Below are positions 8,939 to 33,683 of a DNA stretch of 64,000 bases, in pieces. How positions within the stretch are numbered: position 1 is the stretch's first letter; each line of letters opens with the position of its first letter. The DNA is taken from the NCBI GenBank assembly GCA_036172245.1, contig JAYWIR010000002.1, forward strand, positions 124,001-188,000. Direction: 5' to 3'. The notes beneath the pieces were generated by a model, which was given only the letters and a program-made list of their open reading frames with translations, was not told the origin of the DNA and ran no database searches. This DNA is from Raillietiella orientalis. Lineage: Eukaryota. The position numbers and the translations under genes are program-made.

Positions 8939-11900
8939 TTGACCTTCCAGTTATGAAAATGGAGCCGTACCATGGAGCAGGGTGATACCTCCCTCGGGAG
9001 TCCTTCTCTCCACAGTCTAAGGAGCGAGCTGCTCCCTCCAGGGAAGCGCTCCTCAGAGAAAGGAAGAAATCTGTGCGGCATCTACGCAAACAGCCTTTTC
9101 CTGACTGGAATCTGCACTGCATAGACACACTCAAGATGTACGTCAAAGGGATCGATACTTAAGAGACCTATCTGGGAAGAATGGCCTTCCTGGGATCGGC
9201 CACAGACACGAAAATCAAGAAGCAATTAAGGATCGCTTCGATACGGTCACCGAACGTTTCCTTAAAAAGGATTCGCCCTTCCCCTCTGTTGCGTTGGTGA
9301 GGATTATTTTGCGCCGAGTTTGAAACTCCAAGCACGTGCATCCGAGAAGACGCCAAGGAAGGCACCGGATGAATGGATGAGGGCTGAATCCGGGAAGTGT
9401 CGGGAACGATCCAGACCCGTCCTATTCGGGTTCGCCTTCCGGTAAGCGAAGAGACTCTGCGGCCGACGCAGGAACAGAGCGGCGAAAAGGAGGAAAAAAG
9501 ACAGCTACCGCATTTCAGACAGAGAGGAAGGCGACCGATTGCGTAGCAGCTTCCCAGCCATCATGAGGGAGGGAAAAGTTCAATTCTGGTCTTTTTTTTT
9601 CTCCCCGGGATGGATTTCTTCATCCAGCGTCCCTGCCATGTGGAAGGCAGCAGTGCTACGTGTACGAGGCGAATACCTCACAGAGATTGGTGACACACGT
9701 CAGCACAGAAGTGCTTGGAGTGCAAAAAGCGCCAAATCTGACTGTGTGTGACAATCTGACGTTTACCTTTCCCGATGCTTGATCAAGGATCCACCTAAAC
9801 GTGCAGTTGTTTGTGTTCCGCTCCTTTACGGATTCCTGATCCACGCGGTATGAAAGGATTTCCATCCTACACCTCCAGAAAACAGAGACGGCTGTTTACA
9901 AAGGAAGAGTCGATTCTTCTTCGCTCTTCACGAAGTGAACGCCTTCACGAAAACTCTGGGTGTCTCTCGCATGAAACATAAAAAAAATAAAAATAAAAAC
10001 TGGAGATCAAGTCGCGGGTTGAAGGATCTTGGTAGAAAGTCACACCTCCTCACTTTTAATGATTTTCATCATCGAACGCCAACACAGGGCTTTCCGGTGA
10101 GTCGCGAAGCCCGAAGCAACTCCGCGTTCATCTCCCGATAAAGTTCTCCAGAAAAAAATCTTTCTCTCTTTGTTCTGTATCTTCGCCTCTCACTTTCCAC
10201 TCGTTTCCTCCATTACTTTTTAGAATCACGAATCACGATTCATGAGTCCACATTCACCATGCTTCTTGCATCCAGTCTGAATCCGCATTCACTTCATATC
10301 GTGGATGTCCCTAGAATTCAGGAACAAAGGGACAATCTCCTCTCAGAACACGTCCACCTCTATTGCAAAGGTCTTTGTCTTCGATGACGCGCGCGCCACT
10401 GCATCTTACAAACACTTGTCGCAATCCCGGGTATGAGGTCGTATGGGTTTTGCACCAGCATGACCTCAAACAGCCGCCGTACACATAGCATGATGTAAAT
10501 GAGGAGATGGGAATGCAGCGAGAGCTACCCTGCTCAACACCGCAGCGAACGCGCACACTTTGCTCCAAAGAAAAACTTAGCAGGCCACTCTTGCTACCTA
10601 AATGCGTCTTCAGACACGTCTCTTGATCGGTTTCCTTCTCGTTTTCGTACTACTCATTCAAATATCCCCATCTCTTTTACCAGAAAAGAAACTGTCTTCC
10701 ATCTTGGCACTGTGAACCAGAATATCAGACTGATTCACAATGCTGATGAGCATCATTACCAAAATAATCAGTCTTAAGGTCCTGTTAAACTCTTGTCCCC
10801 CTCTAATTCCATGCCGACAGGCGGTTTTTTACTTTTCAGTTATAAGATATCTGAAACCTGTCAAAAGCTTATGCGATCAGCTCATTCCTGCTACCCAGCC
10901 TAACTTGTGTTCCCTATTTTGGTGGGGAAAATTAAATTCCTCTCCGTTTCTTGCTGACGTCAGTATATTTTCTCCGTCTGCATCCATTGCAAGAATCTTT
11001 CTCCTTCTTGGTACCTAGCTAGCTGAATACAAACCGAAATCACTGTACTTCGTACCGGTTCGGATGACGTTTGATGCCCACGTCTGCTGCATTTACATTT
11101 TTGACACATCGTAACTGCAGCTCAGATATCGATCTGAACTCGAAGATCTTTCCTCCTCCTTAAAAAAAGATGTGCACTGGTGTTTTTTTTTCTTTAAAAA
11201 AAAAAGAAAAGCAAAGAGGACGATTTGAAGAAGTATCCAATTACTTTCTAAATACTTTTTAAAAAAAAAAAAAAAAAAAACAGAATTTATTTTCATTAGT
11301 TAGGCTTTTGACTGGTGCACCTGCGTGAGTCTTACTTATGATCAGACGTGGAACACTGATTACACAGCTTTCTTACGTGGGTTGATGCGAAGAGGAAAAT
11401 TGCCTCCCCACTGAAATGCATAGGGCTATTTGGGTCCCTTTCCTTTGAGAAACGTGGATTTCGTAAGGGCAGCACTCGTCCCTATGGCGATGACGGCGAA
11501 TAACTTCCGGAGTCAGTTCTTCGAATGGTTATCCGTAAACCTTATTCCTTCCCTCGGAATCGATAAACAGAAGAGAATGAATATAAATTAACAGGTGTGT
11601 ACAAGATCTCCTTCCATCCCGGAAGCTCCGTGCACGCGTTCCTTACAGACAGAAGGGGCTTCGCCATAGCATAAATCCATCAAGTGGCTTTGCTTTCAAC
11701 GAAAGGGATTTCCTCTGGATTCCGATACCTCGTTGGTTGTTGTGGCAACCGGAACGCTGCGAGTGAGCTGAGGGTTTCTCTGGAAAGAGGTTTGGAGCCC
11801 TTTAAATGGTTTCCAACGGAAAGTTTCGCACCCTGGGATCGTCATAGCAGTCGTTGCAAAAATCACTCTGAAATGGGGTCAGATGCTGAGGATCGACCCA

Positions 11901-13842
11901 GCGACCAGCGCACTGCTGGTGCACCCGATACTTCGAAAGTTCAGTCTTTCTCTCTCCTTCCGAGCTTTGTTTCCTTCATTCCAAGGTCTTCAGTAATTGC
12001 TTCGGTAGTGGATGAGAAAGCAATGGAAAGCAGTTTGTCTTCCGCTTGGATTCATCCATAAATCCAAGAGACGAAACTGAGCTTCGAACGCTGGGAGAAC
12101 CGGTTCCTCTTCCAGTTTCAGATTAAATGACTCTTGCAGCCGGATCCTGTAATATAATTTGGAACATCAACCCAATTTGCTGCTTGTTTTTTCCTCCTCC
12201 TCCCCCCCCCCCCTTCCCTCTCCTCCTGGAAGGGTGTTGCAGATGCATGCGCGCGCTGAATGCTCTCTGCGGAGAACGGCGAAGGAGCCGCCGATTCGAA
12301 CTACGTCGCTCAGCATTATCTGGCTTGTTTCCTTTCACAATGACTTCGTTGCTTCGTTCCTTCCTGGTTGTCTGTCCGTCCATCCCGTCATAATCTCGAC
12401 TTTCAGACGCTGCACTGATTCTGTATGTGCTGCTGGAAGAAAAGAAAAGCGGTGACAAAAACGGATGGGAGACGGGCGGTGCAAATAAATGAAGGGGGGA
12501 AGACAAAAAAAAAAAATGGTGGAAGAAGGAGGGGAGAGGGGAGGGAGTACCTCTAGGTGTAGTCGTAGTAGCCTCTGTGACTATGAGCACGACGCCTGCG
12601 ACCGTCTTCACACAGAGGACCACCTTTGCGATCGACCACTGTCTCTCTGTTCCGCACGAGCCGGCGGAGGCCACGACTACGTCACGAACATCCGATTCCG
12701 ACCTGCGCTTCCCCGGATGCTCCTCCGCTGGAGATCTGGGAACCCTCCGGTTCGAGTTCGCCCGCGTTGAAAAATGATGAAATTTCAGACCAGAAGCTGG
12801 CGGTGGAGGTTCGAGGAGCTCTTGGGATCGCTTCGGGAGGGGTGGGAACGGGAGAGAGGTGGTGCTGGAATCCTCTTGCTTTCGGTTCAGGTGGCGAGCT
12901 TCCGGGACGGTGCTGCAGGCCGCGCAAGGCTTTGCCACGTAGCGAAACTCGGCTGCGGCAGCTGGACCGTGGAATGGCATTCCCATGTGAACCGCCCGGA
13001 CTCAAGTTTGAAAGCTCCGTCTTGGATTGACGAAAATTTAAACCGAAGCCTGGAAGTTCTGGATGGCTCGCGGAAGACGCTCTGCATGCGAATGTCAGCA
13101 CGCCTTCACGGAATGCGTAATGGAGAGGTTGGACGCAAGCAACGAGAGTATAAGAGCGAGACGAGGAGGATGGCGCTGCTGCAGATACGCTGTTCTTGTG
13201 CGGGATTCAAGAACATTAATGGAAAAGAATTTCCTATTTGAAAAAGCAGGCAGTCTGTGGACCATTTCCCTCCAAAAGAGTCGCACCTGCTCATAATCAC
13301 TTTAGGGTACAATGGTCTTCGTAGTCTTCACTAACGAAGAACCTATCCTTTTCCTCCAGACTTTCCTGTCAAAGGCCGTGCGATTTTCGAACAACGGTAG
13401 CAGTCTTGGTCAGCTCTGCTAGCTCCTAAGAACGCCCCAGAGAAGTACGCTTTGAAAGAATGGAACAGACACTAAAAGAAGGGATTCTTTTTTTCTTCTT
13501 ATTCTTTTTCCCAACACCAAGAGCGATACCGGTCCAAGGACTCCTGAGTCCAGTTATTGTAAGCAGACCCTATTTCTTCTTTGGCTTGCGAGGAGGGTGT
13601 AGGCGGGACCGCTACGGAAGGAAGAAGCACTACCAGAAAAAAGTATCACCGGACAAAAGAACCACAGCTTTTACCATAGCCGCGAAAGTCGATTCTTTCC
13701 ACGTCACGAGGAGCATTCATCTATCGAGTTTTCCTTTCATTTTTCCCGAGTTCGCAGCAAGGGGACACAAATCCTCCCACAAATGCTTTCTTGTCAAGGG
13801 AGCACTGTGGGGCCACTCTTGCTTATATATATATGTACATGA

Positions 13843-15261
13843 TCAAGATGGCAACGGAAATTCCACCCTCGAGACAGCATCTATTACCTCTAATTTCTTG
13901 TTAGATGGGTCACAGAAAGAGTAACCAAGGTGTTTACGAGTGCACGTCATGAATTTCTTGAGAATTAATCAATGGAATCCACGAAGGGAACGCAATCATT
14001 AGGCCTTCCAGGGCATAAGATGATGATGATGATGATGCTATATATATATATATATATAAAAGAGGTAATCGTGTGCAAACATGTATATTAAGAATCTCCG
14101 ACAATTGCAATCGCATTTCGCGGCTGCATAATTACTGTCTACCAATGCACTCACGTTATTCGTGTGTCTATCTGTGCGTATGCATATGTATATACATATA
14201 TACAGAGAGACGCAAAAGCAGCGTGAGTCACAGCCCGGTCCGGTGAAAAGCAGCCGAGTCTCGTTCGCAGCGAAGAGAAACCATCCGAATAGCAGCCACC
14301 TCGATAGGGACAACTGCGAGGTGGCCTCACCTGCAAGAAGAAGTCTCTAGGGAGAATGCCAGCATCCAGTGCCAGCTGTAGAAAGAATGAAGCAACTGCA
14401 GCCAAAGGCCCCTGTTCCTACACTCCAGTCTTATTTTTTTATTTATTTATTGTGCCTTCCCTCCCACTCCGGACTCCCTTAGAAGCCGGCCTGCGAGCTG
14501 GTGGTCGTCCCCAGCCAACTTCCCGTTTTTTTTTTTTTTTTTTGCAATTGACTTGTAATTTATTTATTTTTAAATAAAGTCCCTGCGTTACCGGGTACAA
14601 AAAGAATGTGAGAGCATAGGTACACGGTAATTATGCTTCCGGGAAATGCGATGGCAGTTGTCAGAGTCTCTTAGTATGCATGTGCTTGCGACACGACATC
14701 ACCACCGCCCGAGGAGAGAACCACATCCAACTCTTCCCGGCTTCCTGACCTGGCACAAATTTGCCTTTCCGCTCACGGATTGTTTCACAGATGCACTGGC
14801 ATGGGTATTGCAGCTTGGAGCTTCTTGTGTACAATCGACGTGTTTAAGGATGAATGCGAGCGACGGCGCTTTGCGCACTCGGATCACTTCCAGGCGACCC
14901 TCGGGGAGTCCACCGTGAAGCCTTCCTAGGTCTTGGACTCGAAGGCTGGAAGGTACACGCTTTCCTTTCCGTGCTCGTGGGTCATTTTCCATTGACGACG
15001 CCATCCACGCATCTCGGTGCAGTGTGTTCGGGCCGTATCGAACACGTTCTCGATTCTCGAAATGGGATTTACCCACATCATCATTTTGTGCCCTGGAAGG
15101 CCTAATGATTGCGTTCCCTTCGTGGATTCCATTGATTAATTCTCAAGAAATGCATGACGTGCACTCGTAGACACCTTGGTTACTCTTTCTGTGACCCATT
15201 TAACGTGAAATTAGAGGTAATAGATGCTGTCTCGAAGGTAGAATTTCCCTTGCCATCTTGA
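13843..15261. repeat. nested long inverted repeat (fold-back)
   Basis: Outer arms 13843-14030 and 15076-15261 (~185 bp, few mismatches). Inner arms ~14066-14165 and ~14597-14697 (~100 bp, more diverged). (GAT)n and (TA)n microsatellites at 14019-14057. Confidence 0.85.
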
Positions 15262-18200
15262 GATTACGGCAGAAATAATTCCAGTGCTAAAGATGCTACT
15301 GCGTACCTTGAAAATGAAGTAGTACGTTGAATCTTGAAGAGCATGCCTACCGGTTTCTCTTTGAACAGTAACCAGCACCTGTTGGCGAGGAATCGTCGCA
15401 CCATTTCCTATCCTTTCAAAGTCATAAGCTGCAAGACCTGTGAACTTCTCTGCACCTGCAACAGATTTCCCGGCCCCTCCCGAGTTCCAACAGCATTTCA
15501 AGGACCACCGCAAGCGCTCGCGCGTATTCCACCCGCAAGAAACTCATAGATTTAAGCATGGCGAAGATCCAGTGGCTGACCAAAGGAAGATGCGCTGATG
15601 GGAAACGCGCCATAAATTTGCATCACTACATCGCTTCGGGCTGTACATCGCCTCTGGCGCACTGGCTATTCCTGCGAAGCACCAGTAGTGTTTTTGCACA
15701 GAGCTGCTGCTGGTGACCTCAACAAAGGAGACATTTTCGAATAAGCACTCTCCAAAGGAGATTATTTCCATCTCAAATGGAAAGAGTGTTAAATGAATTC
15801 GAAGAATGACATTCGACTGACCACGAAACAGGGAACAATAATCGTAAACTATGGAAGAATTCCTCGATTGCCGCATTAAAGTACCAACAATCTTCTCTCC
15901 TTCCTTGCAGCCACTGACTGTATCTGACCACGAACTCTAGCAGTAACATTTCTGGGTTTTTTCTACCCCAGGTTTTCCTAATTTCTCTTGAATATGTGTG
16001 ACGATGATGCCAACGATTGTATGAAAATGTTTTGACCTCCATTTTGAAGATCGCCCGCATGGACCTAAGTGTTTCCTAAAGCGTGAGGCATCTTTAAGGA
16101 AGATCGCTGTGATCTCTTCGAAGACACCAATAATGAAGGAAAGTTTGTCAGCATGGCATCTTTAGTTTGAATGTGTGTGTGTGTGTTGCTGCCAATGACA
16201 ATCACACAGGACTTTCTTGATTTACGCTGTTGCGTAAATATGATGTCGCGAGTATGAATGCAACAGAAATGAAAGAGGCTGAAAAAGCTTTTTGTCGATC
16301 TGTTGCGCTAAAGAAGGAACAGCCTTTTCCTTCCTTGTTTTGTGAAACCAAAAACTCGGGAAACCAACCAGGCATTCCTTCCTCCCCTCGGCACGCCTCC
16401 TTTTCTTTTGATAGACAAAGAAAGGATTTTTAACTGCTAACAGGGTAAGTTTCCAGAGCACGTAACAATTCTGCACTTGTTAATTTCTTTTCCTTTGCAG
16501 TCTGTGACCAAAAGGGTATCCCTCCAAAACATCTTCGATGTGATGCATCATCATACCTTTGGGGATTTCGGGTCCAACTCGTGCCATCTCTTCTTATGGC
16601 ATGTTTTGCAGGAGCGGGTTGAAAGACGTATACCAAGAACCTCTTGCATTTCATTATCACATGACAATTTTTTTTATTATTATTAAGATGCACTGGTGTA
16701 GCTGGCACTTCTTTCGCAATATTACAGATTCCTTCCCAAATGATAGGATCTGGTGAGAATTTCAGAAAGATGATTTCAGCACAGAAAGCACACAACACGA
16801 CAATTTGGGAGAAACACCGCCTCGTAAAGCATTGGCATTGGGGATAATTCAAATATTCGTGCTTCATTTTTGTGCTGATTGCTGTTCCTTTCCATTAACC
16901 CGCTTGAGGCATTTGACCCATGTATCCTCACCGAACTTGATCGATGGAGTAGACTTTATCTTCTGCCTCTAAGAGGTGAATACTTTCAAACCCGCGATTG
17001 GAAGTAAATTTTCTCTTGCATATCCCAGTCACGTTCAAAACCGTCAGCATTTTAGAAATTTTGCTAATCTTTCAACAGTCCTTCAGTAGTCGTCATTTAT
17101 TACCAACATATCATTATGCTATTCTTGTCTTTATTGGAGAAGATAATAAGGTCTGGTCTACATAATATTCCATTATAGCCTGTTTACAATACAGATAAAA
17201 TATAAATAGGAAATATTATTCTGTGTTCGTCACAGTAACAACGTTATGAATTAAGTGTACCATGGCATTTCAGCGTTCACCACAAGGTTATACATTATTT
17301 TTTTCGTCTTCCTTTCATCGTTTCCATTTAGCCCTCGCTTTGAATTATGCTTCTCTGATTGCATCAAAACTGAAAGCGATCTTCCATCTTTTTAAGCATT
17401 GCTTATAAACGTTTTACAAAATCAAATCCCTACCGAATAGTCCAGAGAACAAGCAAGCGGCGATAATTTATTAACTTAATTCATCGCAAGTAAGTAAAAT
17501 GAAAAAAGAAAAAAAGCATGGCAGCAAGTTAAAACTTAAACACGGCACCAAGTTGCAGAAAGAAATGAAATAATTAATAAAAACGAAACACCCTTTTAGC
17601 GCTCCTTCAATTTTTTAGCGAGCTTTTCGTTTAATATGCAGCGACTACACTGTAGAAACTCCAAAGTCTTACAAGATTAATACAAGAAACTTTTGAATGA
17701 TAATTCCAAACACCCAGGCAGTGATTTATGGAAATTAGTTTTCTTTTTCCCTTGCTAAATCTGCAAATTGGAACTTCAACTTGAATCGGTGGGAGGATCT
17801 TTCTAACCCTAGTTTTCCAAAATTGCTTTCATTTCTTAAGATACTAATTTTATTTTTTTTATTTTCTGTTGTAGCATTCAACTCTGTAAAACACTTGAAG
17901 ATTGCCCATTTGAAGTTGCATGCACAGTTAAGACAATCGCTGAACACAAGAAAATGTTAAAATTTCAATCGTGATTGCAATGCTTCGAGACAAGTCTGCC
18001 ATTACTAATTGGGAAACTGAATCTTGATCATATTTTGGCATTTCTGTTTTTCCTCTATCAGGAAACAGTTATAGCACTTACCCGTAAACCAACTTTATCC
18101 TTCTAATTGAACGAGATTCTTAAAGCTTTTTTCGAAAGCCTCTTTCGAGCAATACAGATTTCGTTGGGTCTTCCCCTCTAAACTACGTTTCTGTGTCTTT

Positions 18201-21200
18201 TCTTGTTATCAAAACAGTGATGATTCAGTCTTCATTGAATTTCTGTTTTCATCGAAGATGTGTAACGCCTATGAGTGAATACCGTTTCCTATCAACTAGG
18301 TACTTATGACTACTTAGGATTTCAGTCTTATTTAATAACAGATATAGTGAAACGAATCCCTCAGAGAAAATTAGGATTCCAAGTTCGGAAGTTCAAAATA
18401 TAATTCTGACGATGACATTTCACAAAATGCTGCTCTCTTAGGAATATCATAACTGTCGGAAGATTGCAGAAAGTTTCGGATTGGCCTTTTAATTCTTCCG
18501 AAACAAGGCAAGAAATGTTCCTGCCTTGCACTTGACAACTCCATTCGAGCCCTTAAATCTTCGTTAACATTATATGTTATTCAGCTCTTCCAATCATCTC
18601 ATTTGACTATTAGCACATGCAAACTAATAAATCATTAGTATTCAGTTACCTTCATGCTTTATTTTGTTGTGCGTTGTAGCTTGATAAACGGTACCTCAAA
18701 GATAGGGAAGCAGAATTACGAATGCCTACAGGAGGTAAAGTTTGGAATCGAACTTACGAATGATGAAAAATGATTGCAGGGGGAAGAACCTGGGAAAGTA
18801 AATAAATGAAGAAGGAAAAGACCTTCTTTGTTCGAAAACTTTGAAAATGCTATGATGCATCTAATTCGAAAACTCAGCACAAACCATTTAATGACTTTTC
18901 ACTCCTCCTTGACTTTCCTTGACATTCCATCCTTGCACCTATGATAAGTGAAGAATGGCAGTAGTAGAACAATACATTCTAAGCAATTCTGATTCTAACT
19001 ATTTATTATTCGTTTTCTTGAAACATCAAACATTGATGTTGCATTACTCAATTAAACTGCATTTGTAGACTGCTGTGCTTATACCATGGATGGATTTTAT
19101 AAAGCATTTACGTTTCTTTTAAAAGTTTGATTAAAAATTAAAACTTTCAGTAATATACATAAACGTTTACGTAAAGTTTTTTTCTTACAAACCATTCTGT
19201 GCTTCTCGAAGGAATCACCTGAAAACTAAGAAAGGGCTTTACAGAAAACCAAACTGATGCATTTGGCAGCTCTGGACATAAAGTACTAAAACAATCATAA
19301 CATTTAAGCATTTTTTGATACAACTTCTTTAGGTAAAATGAAAATTCTTTAGGTAAAATTTTTGACTATTATTAACAAGTCGTTTGAAATTGTAATGCGG
19401 AATCTGTTATTTTTAGTGGAAGTAGCTTTAGTATGTGTAATTTTGAATCCTGCATATCATTACGATATTAAAGCAGGTTCAGAACTTTTATCGGAAGATG
19501 TGACTTTTTGCTCTTTCTGCCCCTTTAATAAACATCCATTAACAATAAGTACTTAAATACATTACATGATGCAATACATGAGTCTCAATTTTTCATTTTT
19601 CATTCTTCTATAGAATAAGTTATAGCATCATAGTACGAACATTCCGGCACTTGATTTTATAAAATAAATTAAACCTAAATAAATGAGAAAATGGAAAATA
19701 TGTCCCTGTGAAACACCTTGTATTCTTCTTTCTATTTCAATGCTCAATCGCTTAATTTAACTGGATCCCCATGAAAACTGCGTAGGGAATAGAAAAAAAA
19801 AAAGAAGCTTTTAATTCACTCTTCAATATATTTGGTCTCTGGAGAACGGCAATTTGAAACATTCCTAACAAATTTTTAGCAAACTTTCATCAATCCTGAA
19901 TCTGTATTTAGTTTTAAAGAAGTGAATAAACGACAAAACCAACGAAGCTTTTTTTGCTCCAGTTTCATCGTGTTTCCTTCTGAGTAAACCAACTTAATTA
20001 ACTTCATTTTCACTTACGATAAAGTATGCTCGGATAAAAGTGAAAATGCAAAAACTGGTGATTTTTTTTTTTACAGCCAGCTTTATTTTATTTTGACATA
20101 TCTTGTTTAACCAAATACAAGACCAAATAATTCCACGAAAAAAAAAAAATGCTATGCAATATTCGTGTTACTGTACTCAATAAAAACTAGCGATGGGATG
20201 CTGAGTTTGAAAAATCTAGAATATCAGAAAGGGTTTTCTGAAACTAGCATAATGAGAATCAAGAAGAAACGTGAAATAAATAGTCAAGTGGTAAAAACTC
20301 TATTCGAAAAAAAGGGAGTTACTAAGACAACTTAATGCAAGATGGAAAATATTTCTCGATTCCAATAGGAGTGCAGTCCACAGATTTTGTTTTTTGTTTT
20401 TAAAAAAAGAAAAACAGTTAAGAACACTTTTGGTGCATGGTTGCAAACGGTAAGGGGCAATTCCAAGGGTTTTGAACCTCCGGATGCAGACAGCTGATTT
20501 AAATTTAACGAAGATGAAGAATCTCGGAGAGTTCATAATGCAATGTATCGATTTTTCTCGAGCACAACACAAAATAAAAGCATGGGGGGGACGTCCAGCT
20601 ACGAGCAGGCCCATTTTAAATCACTGCTCAGCGTAACATGCACGACCAACTAAATAAATAGCTTTTTATTTTTGCCCAGTTTCAGTAGCTAATGTATTCA
20701 GAATGTGCTGACATTACACCCCAGTGCAGCAGCTCACGAAATGGACAGCAGATGAAATGGCGAATAAGATCGTTACATGTTAGTAGCGATTCAGTGGCAG
20801 CATTGCGAGGTGCGCATCGCTGGAGTACGAAGTGGGAACGTTTTTTGACTGCTCCAAATCTTTGCTCGCTGGGATGATGCCCTGTGTTGCACTGCGAGAA
20901 TCTGAGGAATTCGGTATGTGCGCGCCGCTTTCATTAGCATTCACACCCACCAAAAATAGTAGTAATAATAAAAGTAATAACAGTTGAGAGAGTGTGGATT
21001 GTGACAGCGTTAATGCGGGTCCGTGTGCGACGATCACATCTTTGGGGAGAGCGTTTCTGCAGTTTTGGAATTGTGGAGATATTTATAGCGAACGTGCTGC
21101 ATAGCATACTTTTGTAAACGAACTTGCTAAAAACCAGCCTACAGGTTTACTAGAATCCATGATTCATGATAGTCAAGTTTGATTTTTTTTTTTTTTTCTA

Positions 21201-22406
21201 TAATCATTTGCTCGTTTATTTGCGGAATGAATGGAGAGCCCATCTCCGTACATTGTGGTGGCCTGCTCCTCCCCTTTCTCTGTGCAGAATGTTTGTTTCC
21301 TAATTTCTCATCCCAGTGTGCCTGTCGGTGGAAGCTGTTGCAATGAATCTTTATGCATTCACTTCATGTAACGTGCTCGCTTTCGTATAAACATTAGTTC
21401 TGTACGCGAAGGGAATGATTGCTTTAGAAAAGAGTGTATAATCAAAATTTCATTTGTAAATATTTCGCCCATAAGTTTAAATATAATTTTCTTAAAATCT
21501 AGTTTTTTCAGACCTGTTTTCAACAAACTAAGTGTAGAATTAAGTGTACATACGTAGAAAAGGCACCGATAATATCAAAGTTGAAATCCACTTACAGTTA
21601 GAAACTAAGTAAGGAAGAAAAGCTTTATACAAAATCTTTCATATATCAAAAACCTTTGAGAGATTATGTTCATCTAGAGTTTGCTTGCATGAATAACGAG
21701 TAAGTACAGGGAATGAGAAAACAGATATTTAACAGTATTTGAATCAGATTGTCATAAGCATTAAAACGTAAAAACAGTTATACTTGTCAGGTTTGTGTTC
21801 ATAAAAAGACGATGTGAAATCAAAACATACAAAGTTTGACGCAAACCGGGAATATGTACAGATATACTTATATGTTTTTATTGTGTGTGTTATATATATC
21901 CAATAAGTGCATGCTGTAAGTATATACAATGTAACTCAGAAATAAATTGAAAGTTGTGTATTTTAAACTGAACAATAAGCATTCAGTTTATTACTTGAAT
22001 CGGTAATAAATTGACTTTGGTGATCATACGATTTATTTGTCTGATGAACATCCTCAAGTGTCTATTTTTTGGATGTTCATGTTGTGTAAATGTTAGCAGT
22101 GCAAATTTTCCTTTTGACTCCTATCAAGTACACAAAATTGTTGCAGTAGTAGTTACCTCGAGTGCACATTTGATGCAAGTATGATTTTCAGGATACTAAA
22201 AATGGAATAGCAATTCATGCTGGAGCAAGTGAACAAAATAAATAGTAATAGTCATGTTGTTTGCAAATTGGAGTCTTTTTTTACATACTGGCTAGAAGAA
22301 TGCCCTGAATGTTAACAGAGATGCTCCTGCATCCATATTTGGCAAGCAGAATTCTGTGGAATTTGTCGTGACATTACTGTCTTTGAGTTGTGAGAATCTG
22401 TGTAAA

Positions 22407-33683
<11,277 letters not shown>

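Noticed and set aside
10250-10900. Hydrophobic GPCR-like fragments on the minus strand
   Set aside because: Too degraded to assign, with no diagnostic motif.
12123-12986. 287-aa minus-strand ORF with one hydrophobic stretch
   Set aside because: It runs through homopolymer and simple-repeat tracts with no domain evidence.
20780-21037. Signal-peptide-like ORF with a poly-Leu run
   Set aside because: It starts at GTG, the Leu run comes from an (AAT/AGT)n simple repeat, and no downstream exons were found.
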